A stretch of 64,000 bases of DNA, taken from assembly GCF_006345805.1 (NCBI RefSeq), contig NC_043013.1, forward strand, positions 55,428,001-55,492,000. Reading direction: 5' to 3'. The notes below the pieces were generated by a model that was given only the letters and a program-made list of their open reading frames with translations, ran no database searches and was not told the origin of the DNA. Position numbers and translations under genes: made by a program. Each line of letters begins with the position of its first letter. The stretch's first letter is position 1. This document shows positions 51,280 to 64,000 of this stretch, in pieces. Source of the DNA: Octopus sinensis (taxonomy: Eukaryota).

Positions 51280-52700
51280 TATTATCAGCATCTGCTTCAA
51301 AGCTGAACAACTTTGCCAAAGGTGTCTGATGTCTAAGGTGTATCATTTCTTTGTACAGCTCGGAGTAGGAACTTATTATGAAATCCATTTCTAACTTTAT
51401 GTTACATCTATGATTAGAATCGTTATTAATAAAGATGATAATGAGGAAATATAATGATAATCATCCAATGACAGTGCCATAATCTTTGCATCTGCCAAAG
51501 TGGGTGGATCTTCTGCATCTTGTCCAGCAGCTTGTTTAATTCTAACAGCACCAGTTCCTTGGGAGACAAACATTTACCATGGGATATTACCACTAACACC
51601 TTAACAGCAACAACATTTTCTTTGACTACTTCTAACACTTTCCCAGTGCCACAATACCATATCAAACTGGATGTAAACTTTCTGCAGGTGGAAAATCTAT
51701 GTTGTCAATGACACAGTGTGGGATAAGTCTTTGCAAACATTGTTCAAAGCCCAAGCTTTCTCTTCATTTCATTATTTGAGTAGATTACCTACAATACACT
51801 AAATATTGAGCTTCTTCCAGAAGTCTTTAACTGTAGCATTATTTTCCCCAATAATTGACTTTTTGAGTTCTTTGTAAGTTCTTTACAGATAATGCCTTGA
51901 CGTGGCTATTACACCTTAATCCATTGGAGGGAACAAATAAATTACGTTCTTGGGGCTATATGCAACATTCACATCAGCAGAAAAGAATTTCCTGGGTTTT
52001 GTGTAAAATTGTATTATCTAGAAACAAGAATGCTTTATTCAAAATTTTATACTTGGCACTCTACCTTTCTACTGCAAGACAAAAAGGTTTGTAAGCCTAT
52101 CTTGGAAACGATTGCAATTATACAACCATTCCAAGTTGAATACCAATTATAATTAGCTTAAGCATATCTCTAAAGAGCACTTAAATTTTCAAAGTAGTTT
52201 ACACATATTTAGCCTCATATTTACTAACAGCATTTCTTCATAAAAGAAGCATCAGGCAATTTTTGAAAGTTTTAAAGTTATGTGTTAATTTTTCTTCACT
52301 AGAATAAAAGCCCTGGCTGGCCTGCACATCCAGTAAAGCCCACTTTCATCAATATTATATACTTATTGTGTATTCTTCTCTAGCAATTCTTTTCTTTAAT
52401 TCCTCTGATTGATTTGTAGCAGACTCTCAACACTAACACCATCACTAATGGTTTTAATGATATGCAAATTTAGGCAGTTTTTAAACCTTTCAAACTAGCA
52501 TTTATTAGCCAGAAAATGTATTGTGTGTCACTTCCTTTTTTTGTAAATCCTCCAACAAACTGTTAAGTTGTGCGTAAATGTCCTATATGCTTACAAGTTC
52601 ATTATTATATCCAGGCTGATTGTTGATTTACACACTCAGAAGCTGTTTCCCATGAAGCATCACTTCAGGTTTACAATTACAAATCTACATTCACTTAATG
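51280..52700 (-). mobile_element. Tigger/pogo DDE transposase relic
   Basis: Minus strand: FERFKN, VYNIDESGLYW (52330-52362), FLFLDN, PMD*GVIA (51904-51931), SHGKCLSPKEL and YSELYKEM...RHQTPL. Confidence 0.8.
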
Positions 52701-53091
52701 TTGTAAATACTTGAGCACTTAACCAAATTTTTTCTTTATGGTCAATTATTATTATGCTCACCTTAGACATTGCAAGCTTTGTAAAATGATGCAGGAGTTA
52801 CTACTACTAATAATAAGGATGATGATGATGATGATGATGCTGATGAAATGTATATAAAATATCTATATATTTGACTGTGTGTTGCCTGTTAAACATGATT
52901 TAGAACACATTTTAATCAGTCAAACATGAAAGTTATTTTGTGTGCGGATGTGTTTGTACAGACACATGCTTCTTTACTCTGTGTTTACTCACGTAATCCC
53001 TTTTATGACATCCCTGCCTTCAGTTCCATTTGATTGTGTCTTTCACTCATCTTTGACAAAGATATTGCACCATCACTGTAAATGTTTCATT

Positions 53092-53242
53092 GGTGCAGGA
53101 TTGGCTGTGTCGTAAGTAGCTTGCTTACCAACCACATGGTTCCGGGTTCATGGCACCTTGGGCAAGTGTTTCTACTATAGCCTTGGGCTGACCAAAGCCT
53201 TGTGAGTGGATTTGGTAGATGGAAACTGAAAGAAGCCCATCG

Positions 53243-53281
<39 letters not shown>

Positions 53282-53478
53282 TTGTCCCCACAACATCGCT
53301 TGACAACCGATGCTGGTGTGTTTACATCCCCATCACTTAGTGGTTTGGCAAGAGAGACCGATGGAATAAGAACTAGGCTTACAAAGAATAAGTTCTGGGA
53401 TTGATTTGTTCGACTAAAGGTGGTGCTCCAGCATGGCTGCAGTCAAATGACTGAAACAAATAAAAGAATAAAAGAATT
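53092..53478 (+). mobile_element. SINE family B
   Basis: Full head, body, microsatellite and 3' module. Confidence 0.88.
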
Positions 53479-54419
53479 GGCAGTAACTGACAAGAAAACA
53501 ATCCATCCCAAACAGTAGATTCCAAGAAAGGGGTGGGATCTTTTGCATTGGCAAAATATGGTGGTTCTATTACAGCAGACAAAGAATGCAAATGAGAAAA
53601 TGGAAACGGTGGAGGAGTGATGTTGAAGAGTGGTGGGGGCCATAAAATGTGCTTGGGAGTATTCTACAATTAAAGTTAGTTGTAAGAGACCAATAGACTA
53701 AGTACCGGGCTTAAAGAAAAATACTTGGGTTGATTCATTCAGTTAAAATTCTTCAAAGCAATGCTCCAGCATGGCCACAGTCTATTGACTGAAACAAGTA
53801 AAAGACAAAAGACAAAATAAAGACCTTTCTGTGTATTTCCAACCCAAATGGAGATGACTTTCTTAATGGAGAACACAAACAACGTATTTGCCTTCTGTTT
53901 TTCTGTTGTTGTTGAAGACTAATTCTGCATCAAAGAAAGAAAAGAGAAAAAAGAAAAGAGAGAAAGAAAAGAAGCACGTAATATTGATTCATTTTCATTT
54001 GATCTTTCTTTACAACAGAAAGAAAGCAGATACTTGATAAAATATCACTTTTTCAGGTATATTTTTCGTCTGTCTCAACATATATTTCGGTGTATATATT
54101 ATACTTCCTAGCACTACTTAAATATATGACTTTAGTAATTATTATACCCACTAAACTGATTATAAGGAAAATCTGGATTTACCCTCCACCACAAAGTACT
54201 CTTTCAATATCTTTCACCGTCTTCTTTGTAATTTTTTTCTTTTTCCTATTGACCAGCAAGATAAAAAAACACTACACAAATTAGCTGAAAAGAAATTTTG
54301 ATTCAACATTTGTTCCTAACCAAATAAGAAGCACAGATTAAGTTACCCATTGAACTATCTCACCAAAACTATTGTTTCAGAATTACTGGTTCTACATGGA
54401 GACTGGACAGGGAAAGGTT

Positions 54420-54975
54420 ATAATTTTGTGGTGTCGCTGTGTGGTTAAGAAGTTTGTTTCCCTACCACATGGTTCTGGGTTCAATCCCACTGCATAGCAC
54501 CTTGGCCAAGCTTCTACTATAGCTCTCAGACACCCTAAGCTGTTTCAGGGATTTGGTCAACTGAAATTGAAAGAAGCTCATCAAATAGGCGCAGAAGTGA
54601 CTGTGCGGTAAGTAGCTTTCTTATCAACCACATGGTTCCGGGTTCAGTCCCACTGCGTGACACCTTGGGCAAGTGTCTTCTACTATAGCCTCAGGCTGAT
54701 CAAACCTTGTGAGTGGATTTGGTAGATGGAAACTGAAAGAAGCCCATCATATATATATATATAAATGTATGTCTGTGTTTGTCCCCCGCCCACTATTCTG
54801 TGACAACTAATGTTGGTGTGTTTATGTCTCCATGACTAAGCGGTTCGGCAGAAGACTAATAGAATAAGTACTAGGCTTAGAAAGAATAAGTCCTGGGGTT
54901 GATTTGTACGACTAAAGGTGGTTCCCCAGCATGGCCACAGTCAAATGACTGAAACAAATAAAAGTAAAAGTACAA
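54420..54975 (+). mobile_element. Tandem SINE family B (partial copy 54420-54590 + full copy 54588-54975)
   Basis: Two consecutive heads; the second copy is complete. Confidence 0.8.
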
Positions 54976-54988
54976 AAGATATATATAT

Positions 54989-55220
54989 ATTTCTTTACTA
55001 CCCACAAGGGGCTAAACACAGAGGGGACAAACAAGGACAGACAAAGGGATTAAGTCGATTACATCGACCCCAGTACGTAACTGGTACTTAATTTATTGAC
55101 CCCGAAAGGATGAAAGGCAAAGTCGACCTTGGCGGAATTTGAACTCAGAACGTAACGACAGACGAAATACGGCTACGCATTTCGCCCAGCGTGCTAACGT
55201 TTCTGCCAGCTTGCCGCCTT
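54989..55220 (-). mobile_element. SINE family A, well-preserved CpG-rich copy
   Basis: Minus strand AAGGCGGCAAGCTGGCAGAAACGTTAGCACGCTGGGCG...GTTCTGAGTTCAAATTCCGCC...CCCCTTGTGGGTAGTAAAGAAAT. Confidence 0.85.
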
Positions 55221-58038
55221 TCATAATGATATATATGTGTGTGTGTGTACGGGAGCATGTGTGTGTGTGTGTGAGCGTGTGTGTGTGTGCATTTGTGTGT
55301 GTGTGTCTCTTTGTCTTCACACTGCATAATAGTTATAAATGAATGTTACTCTCACACATGCAGTGTTATCCATTTCCAATATTCCACAAAAACATGCCTG
55401 GCCACGGGGAAATATCACCTTACATGGAAAAGGATGAGAGTTGGCGACTGGAAGGATATCAATCCATAGAAAATGTATTTCAGTAAACTTCATCTGACTC
55501 AGGCAAGTGTGGAAAAATAGATATTAAAACGATGTTGAATATCATGATGATGTTGATGATGATGATGATGAATACAAATGAAAATATTTCACATACACAA
55601 AAGACAAACAAAAAGAACTCCCTAAATTCTTTACCTACAAATTTGATCAACAATATCTGATGTTATTTCTGTTTGCATCCCAAGTTGGAACAGTACCATC
55701 CATATGTGATTAAGCAATTAATTCATTGCTAAATGATCTGGTTCTTTGAAATTAAGCACAATAATCCAGTAAGCAGTTAAGCAGAATCACTTGTAGACAG
55801 GCATTTCCAAGAATGTTCCATAACCATATCATCCTAGAACAACAATATGGAAATACAAGCAATCACAGTTTTTGATAAGTAAAATCTTAAAAATACTAAG
55901 AATTTGTACAAAAATCTCACAGCTGGTATCTAATAATTTTTCATGCAGGTACCATTTGTTATAGCTATTAAAGTAACCTAGACACATTATTTATTCTAAA
56001 TGGGAACAATTATCAAATTTTGGAAAATACCCAAAAAATTTTTATCTTGAATATGCTTTCTTCTCTTTCTACATATTTTTGTTTAAATTATTTTTTCACC
56101 AGTAAAAATTAGATGCAAAAAAACAAAATTGAAAACAAAAGAAACAAAGAAATCATTTTATTATAGAAAAAAAAATGATATATTTTCAGATTCTAAAGGG
56201 AATATTCTTTTCGAAATTTATGAAAATTCCCCATCGACACTTTTCAACTTTGAAAGAACATTTTAAAAGTTATCAGTGATTTTTGGAAACATCAGAAGTG
56301 TTTAAAAGAATATTAAAATTTCATTATTTGGAAGTAACAATTTTCAGTGAAACCAACTTTTTCTCCAGATAAAATATATCAGATAAGCCTTTCACAATCA
56401 TCTGATTAGGAGTTAAATATTGAATGCTTTGTCAACAATATATCAATACTTCAAGGAGTTAACTGCTTCCAATTTTCTTAAGTTTCTGTTGTTTGGTATT
56501 CAGGATGAGAGAAAATGTTAAACTAACGAATTAAATATGCATTTCTAATTCCTGGCTTTAACGACAGAAAACTTAAAAAAAAAGATAAAGGCAAATATTA
56601 TGTGTAATGGAATATCCGATACATACAGAAAATGCATTCTCTCAAAATTTGTTTAAAATCAGTTAAGATTCAAAATTCTTATAGATAAATTACTCAAGAA
56701 TAAATTTTGCAAAATACAAATACCAAAATATTCTCATGTGACATAAGTGTGCTGATGATGACATAAAATCGACAGGAAAAATTATTGACCCCATACAATT
56801 TTGACAATCAAGAAAACTTGAGACAGCATCACAGGCCCTTAAACAATTCCTTTTACCAAATTCCATTGACAAAATATCACAATATTCCAAATCACTTTCG
56901 TTCTCTATGATTTCACACCATTAACATTATAATAATGGTTAGAAAATGCTTTTAAAAATCAAATATATGAGAGATGGAATCTTCAAGTTAATAGTTTCAT
57001 TGCATTCCTCAAAACATAAAAACAAAAACAAGAAACTACAGGAAGATGCTTTAAGGTGAAGTAGTATTCCTTTTGTAGTGGTCTGTAGCTAAAATAGTTG
57101 AATGATCGATCTTGCAAGAAGGTTTATAGAGTAATCTCCCTTTAATGAGGTTCTCAAAGCATTTACGACAGAAGTAATTCTTAATTATTCAAGAAGCCTC
57201 GCGTTTCTCTTGGAAGTTTCTAGAATGTCAAAAACAGCTTGCTTGCCCTGCTCTTTGCTTCCTAGTCGACTAGACCCTGAGCCATTCACGTCGTTGCTAT
57301 GCCTGTCTATGACACATCACTGAAAACCACCACTTAGCTGTTATTTCTACATTTCTGAACTTCCTTGCATACATCACTTCATTCAACTAAATTCTACATT
57401 TTGATTATATTTCATCAACAACCAATGAATAAAATATATATTTTATGGAGTAAATACATAGTTCTTAAATATATTCTTCTTCTCTGTAAGAATTCTTCTA
57501 ATAATATACATGCAGTCATTTCAATACTTTATACTGAACGTATCTTCTACACTACACATTCTATGACTTGTTTCTCCATAATTATGTAAGCAGTTTGATA
57601 TTTCTGTAAGTTGAAGGTATTAGGACACATTTTTTAAATCAAGAAGAAATACTGAAACTGGAGTGAGAGAAAAAGAAATCACCAGATGATGCCACGAAGT
57701 ATTCTACTAAAACGGTTTAGTACTTGAAGCAAGGTGTACAACCAGCAGTCTTGGTAATTTCTAGGAAACTGATTGGCTAGATCTGAAAATTTTAATTAGT
57801 GATCTTAATGGAGTTATCTCTCTTCCTTCATTTTAGGCTTTAATTATCCCCAGAGTGAGTTTTGTCTGCCAATAGTAAAGATAATCTCAATTAATCAAAG
57901 TTGTTCAACTCACTAAATGTGAAATTGTGTGAGATTCTTCTGTTTTTGCATTTAGTATGGCAGACTGCTTGTTGGGTGCTTTACATCAACCTGGCAATGC
58001 ATGTGTGTGTGTGTGTGTGCATGTGCGTGTATTTATAG

Positions 58039-58103
<65 letters not shown>

Positions 58104-59454
58104 TTTGTGTCATATGTTTTGCAAACAACTTGCACATGCAAGTGCTACCAGTCGAGAACTCCACATACTCGAAGCCAGCAAGTGTATGAGGTCATTGGGA
58201 GAGAATGTGCATCATTTCAGGGCTTACCTCTCGATGGCATCAATGCACACTGGCTCCCATGTCACTGATATGAGGCCCCTCTTGCTAGATCAACTGGTTA
58301 TTAAATATAGCTCTATATCCTTCTAGCCATCACTCATCGTCTCTTTTTAACCAAATCCACTGGTTAGCTTTTTCCACTGCAGTTTGGACATAGGTCATGG
58401 TGGTATTTACATTATAATGAATTAGGTCTAACAATAACAACAGTCACCTCACACTGTGTCCAACAAACCCTCTACATCCGACTCCAATTGGAAAATCTAG
58501 AAACTTCAACAATATGAAATAATTGGGGTTTTTCAAAATCTGGTATTAAATCCAGCATGCTACTATTTATAACATGATCTGCTTCAAGATTCACTGTTCC
58601 CCCCAAAAACACACTCACAGACATGTTTGTGTGCATTTGTGTGTGTCTGCATCTCTTTGTATGAAATAACTTAGCAATTCAATAAATTGAAATGAATAAA
58701 ACAGGTAAAGGACTTGAGTTGTAGGGTCAATATGAACAACAAAACCTCTTAACACAACAGACACCTGACGAACACTGAAAGATAAAACAGACAAAATACT
58801 GTGACCCCCCCCCCCCAAAAAAAAAAAAGATTGGACATTGGTCTGAATTCCTCAGTATATAATGATAAATATTTCAGGTAAATTGCCAAACACATATAAC
58901 AGATAATCAAAAGCTTTAAATAATATCAGTTAATAATAATTACAGTTAATTATCTAAAGTTTTTAATAACAGTAGTTTTTATTGACACAGACATCAATTA
59001 ATTATACTAAATTTGAATTTAAAAATGCAGAAAATGATAATTATTCTGGGCAACTCAATTGAACTTCAGTGGCAGGAATTGGATATTTGGTCTAAACCGA
59101 TGCAATGATTAATGAAAATTTCAAAAAAATATAGACATCAAAGGATTACAAGTCAAATTTTAATATAAAGTAATTAACACAAAATAATTAGTATATAAAG
59201 GAAATTTTAATTGCAACTAACCTATATATTGCAATAAAAACTGAATGAAAAGTTGAATTATTAATGTGTTAAGTAGTAAATATATTTAAATAACATAGAT
59301 CTATAGAAAAAGTTCCATTTAGTTACCTATTCATAAACTAATAGTTTTATACTAAAATTTATGTATGTAAATTACCTTAATCTTCAAAACTTAGAAATAT
59401 TCTCAGCAGGTTTAATTAAAATAAGAGATTTTGTTATTAGTGTTATTGTTGTAA

Positions 59455-59830
59455 GTTAGTGAATCGATTCATTGGAATGTTTGATAAAACATTTTGTGGT
59501 ACGTCATTTATCTCTTTCACTTTCTGAGTTCGAATTCTCTTGTGGTCAACTCTGGCTTTTGTCCTTGGAGGAATGACAACAAATAAAACACCAGCACAAG
59601 GAAGTAAGTATAATTTGTTAAATGGTATTGACAAAATGCTCTGCATTACTTGTTCTGACTCTAACTGGCAGGATTGTTAGAATGCCAGACAAAATGCTTA
59701 GTGGTGTTTCGTCTGTCTTTACATTCTGAGTTCGAATTCCACTAAGGTCGACTTTGCCTCTCCATCTTCGTAAGGTAATTAAAATAAATACCAGTTGAGT
59801 CACTGGATTGATATAATCAAGTGTTCTGCT
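59455..59830 (+). mobile_element. Two tandem degraded family A SINEs
   Basis: Each has TTCTGAGTTCGAATTC followed by GGTC(A/G)ACT...CC and an ATAAA..ACCAG segment. Confidence 0.6.
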
Positions 59831-62172
59831 TCTTGAAAATTTCAAGCCTTGTAACTATAATGGAAAAGGTTATTTGGTTCAACTTTGATGATCCAAGCAA
59901 GTGTGGTACATTTGTTTGTTTCTTATAAACAAGATGGTAGATTATTAGAAAAATAACCAATAGCAGAGAGCCATCTTTGCATTCTTCCATGTAAACTCCA
60001 TGACAAAATTTTTCTATTTTTCGAGAAAGTCACTAAGAGATAATTTACTGATATCATGCCAAAAGAGATTGTTTTGCTTATTGGTTAGTAAGAAGTCAAT
60101 CAGACTTATGCCCAAAGGCATTTCAGCAGTAACTATTACATTTTTTTCTTCCTTCAGACAGAGTTTATCTGGACTAAATTGTTGAGTATGTCCTTTTTAT
60201 GTCAGAAGAGCATAATTTGTAGCAAGGTGAGCACTGTTTCACCTCATTGGTGCATTAAATATTGTTGTTATTTTTATCTCCAAGTCAGATCTGATTGAGC
60301 ATAGCTATGATCAAAGGTGTTCCTGCAATGCCCATAATTAATTTTTCCAAGCCAAATATATCTAAGGCAATACTGTTCAATGTGCTGTATATACATATCT
60401 GTTATATGCAATTGAGACAGTATTCTATTATAATAACCTTCTATGTATTATAATGTAAATACATTGTTGAAAGGGAATATTTGTCCAGAGATAACATCTC
60501 TTATAGATGTGTCATGTTTAAAAGTATAATATATATCAGAGGAAGTTGAACATCCTTCTAGCAATATCCAGCAAGAATACCTACTGCATTTCACCCTCAT
60601 TGAAGCTCATCAATAGCATGAACACACAACCAGTCAATGAAGTCAAAATACTTCTGGTGTTCTCACTAGCTGCTGCCAGAATGATTTTGATCTCCCTCAT
60701 TCATATTGCACTTTTAGACACTGCACTCCATAAAAAAATGTTATCCCTGGAGTAAATTGCCTTTCAACAATGAAATTACATTAGATATGATACATAGAGG
60801 GCTTTTTAAAATTTGATACTGATTCTGGTGCATATAACATATTTTTATGCAGCTGGGAGTCTGTTTGTATTACTGATGAATGGTTTATTCTCAGTTTTCT
60901 ATATAACAAAGGCGAAAAATCTTGTTTTAGCATCATGCTGACCATGAGTGCACACCACTGAGAAGGCCCAACTTGGTCAAAAGGCACCTGGCATTCTTAC
61001 TAGCCAATGTTGGAACGATTTTCATATCTCTATGAAATATAGTGAGCTTTTAAACACAACACATGCTATCTTTGTCAATTACTGCAGCAAATTGCTTTTC
61101 AATGATGTATGTACATTAAGCCTGATACATAAACGGCTGGTGACACTACCATTCATTTTCATGATAGACTTGGCTGACAGGCAGACTTGTCCCACACGTA
61201 ACAGCAGCTATTTGGCATAAGCCCACAGGTCCGAAATGGTTGGACACTGCATAAGTGCATGCAGAACGGTAGACAGGCAGACAGACAGATAGGAAGGTAG
61301 GTAGGTAGGTAGATATCCAAATAAGTATATCTTTGCTAATGTTTATTGGTGAAGGAAATAAATATCAGTGATAGTCAAAGAAAGATTGCACTCACTTTGT
61401 ACTTTCGATGTCTAAATGCAAACAAAACAACAATTGACCGATTGGAAACCTCTAACTAACGAAGACCACAATACAGAAATAAATACTTCTTTTAACTTTA
61501 AGTTTTACCTTTGAGCAAGATTTATCCTTCTGGATTATCTGTAAAGTGTGGTATTGTTTCTGAATATTGTTTTGAAGTTATATTATCCAAAGAGTCTTTC
61601 TACGTTCAATGCTAGATTACTGAATGCAACAATCTCACTGGGTATAAGATTCTTTTACTTCTCATCCTTGTCAAAAAATATGCAGGGATCACAATGGAAG
61701 CTTCATCCTCGGGAATGCATTACTCACAAAATACATTTGTTGGTTGAAAGCAACTTTACAAATGCAACTAAATTTTTTTTTCTCGATGTTATAAGTAATT
61801 TTTATATTAAGATTAGTTCAAACTTTTTAATCTTGCAATATGGATATATTTTAATACAACCTTACTCTTCTACCTAAACAAATGTTTATTAATTTCTGTT
61901 TTGAAAACGGAGGATTTCTAACAACATATTTTTCCAAGCAGTTGACAGATATCATGCTCGATTCATCCTTGTCTTCTGCACACACACGACAGGTTTCCTT
62001 CTTATACAACCTCACCATCTGACTTCACCTTTACATTACCTAGGGTATGGCTGTGTTTACTTTGAAACCAAGTGGTTTCAAGTTCAGTCTCACTGCATGG
62101 CATCTTAAACAAGTGTTTTCTACTCAGCGCTGGACTGACCAAAGTGGACAGAAACTGAATCTTATTGTACAT

Positions 62173-62205
<33 letters not shown>

Positions 62206-62662
62206 ATGCGTGTGTGCAAGTGAATTCATATTTTTACTTGTCACCATGTATGTTTCCATGACTCTATTGTTGTAAACAACGATATAGTCATTTGTAAACA
62301 GTCCACTACAAAAGCATATCTAGGCTCCTAGACATGTTGTTGCTGCTGTTCATGATGATGATGATGACAATGAAGACAGTGATGATGATGAGATCAGAAA
62401 CAAATAATGATAAAATTAATAACAATATTAATGATTGACGGCCGTATTGATAACAAAATAATGAATGAAGCGATGATAACAATGATGATGATGAATCTAA
62501 AGAAAGAAAATTACTTTAGCATTTTGTCAAACCCTGTTTGTAGAAACCACATCAGAAGTGAAGAACAGACCCATATGGAAATTTCAAGCAACACATCTGA
62601 TATGAAGGAGATCCCAAACCCTGAATTTTGCTTCATTTCTTCTTGAATTATGGATGGCTTAA

Positions 62663-62735
<73 letters not shown>

Positions 62736-64000
62736 GCACTGAATGCAAGAAGCAAAACACCAAATGGATGCAATTTGATTTTCATATTGTCAACTTGGCA
62801 AGACCAAATCAAAGAATTAGAAATGATTACCAGAAAAAGAAATAAATCTCAGGGTTCATTGTAGGTTGAGGGCACAGGAAATATTGCTAAGATATCATAT
62901 GGCATCAAAAAGGCAGCAAGAATATTGAATACCATATTTGAATGCTTGAAGCAGAACGTCAATATCGTCACAATAGAAATGATGATAACCAATTACAGAA
63001 GTGAAGAAGGCACTTTGAAAGCTTCTGCTATAAGCAATGTTAATATATTCAAGTCTGTGTGATGTCAGTTTCACTGTGGCCAACCTGGATGAAGACAATC
63101 AGAAATTCAATACTAAATAAATTCAGCTAACTTCACATTTGAACTACATAAATGTCTTCTTTGAAATTCATATAAATCTAAAGATATCTCATTTTCTTCA
63201 TTGTGTTACTATTTAGCCCCAGGTCAGGCCTGATGGCTAGATCTATGATTAGAAATATTCCAACAGTGTATATCTCATATTTCTTCAAATATAGTCTATC
63301 TAGGAGTACATTATACAATAAGTCCTTCCTTTTATATTAAGACTGTAGGCTGTGATTTGATGAAGATTTTTCTGTTGTTTCTAGCATATCAAGCAACCAG
63401 ACAGAGACTCTGTCCATGACAGGTGTTCTTTATAATGCCCATTGTATGATTGTCGTAAATTAACAAATACAGCTGCCAGTGCTTCTCTGCAACAAAAGAG
63501 ATTTAGGAGACCAGAATTGTTGCCTTGTGTCAGGAAAGATAAAATCTTGTTGGATTTGCTCAAATTTACTTTGGAAATAATGATTTCTATTAGAAAATCT
63601 TCAGTGAATAGTTAAACAAATGCTGTATCAAGATTAAAAAAAAACTGTCTGTCTGTCTCTCTCTCTCTCTCTCACTCTCACTCACACACACACATAGAAA
63701 TATACATGCATGCATATGTGTGTGTGTAGGCATGCTACATGATTAAGAAGTTTGCTTCCCAACCACATTCTGTTAGATTCAGTCATATTTTTGGTATTTA
63801 CCAATATGATTTGGTAGCCAGATATTCAAAGAAACCATGAGCGTGTGTGTTTGTCTGAATGTGTGCATATGTGTGTGTCTGTATGTGAATGTGTGTGTCT
63901 CCTTGTCTTGACTGTAAAAAAGACTGTTGCATTTATATATTGCACTGAGTCAAGTTCCACAGTGTTTTGGCAACTTATTTGCTTCATTCATCAAATTACA

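Noticed and set aside
51092-51665. Host-gene exons
   Set aside because: They are explained as the C-terminal part of the Tigger transposase relic.
56690-57340. Short minus-strand peptide-like stretches
   Set aside because: Splice signals are inconsistent and I recognise no motif.
1-64000. Endogenous viral genes, Fanzor/TnpB or prokaryotic operons
   Set aside because: No long ORFs or diagnostic motifs were seen on either strand. A profile search would be needed to exclude highly decayed remnants.

Overview
AT-rich, microsatellite-dense eukaryotic DNA. The SINE and LINE families resemble those of cephalopods, so Octopus is my inference; I could not run a search to confirm it. No intact protein-coding gene, rRNA, true tRNA or CRISPR array is supported. 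The window is a patchwork of decayed and nested mobile elements. These are: a Ty3/gypsy pol relic split by a near-full-length CR1/Zenon-like LINE; RTE LINE fragments (one with RT plus a PHD-like insert, one with an expanded 63-bp tandem array in its 3' UTR); a CR1 3' fragment with a tandem duplication; two mariner relics; a Tigger/pogo relic; a Helitron relic; Penelope-like (PLE) relics; and many tRNA-derived SINEs. The most interesting signal is a set of minimal hammerhead-ribozyme motifs in short PLE-type repeats. One of these sits behind a tRNA-like Pol III head. Four loci show a recurring 'inverted tail + body + tail' architecture. A few isolated candidate exons hint at a large-intron host gene that I cannot identify. 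Most short ORFs in the track are microsatellite or antisense artefacts. TE and SINE boundaries are approximate unless a junction is quoted.
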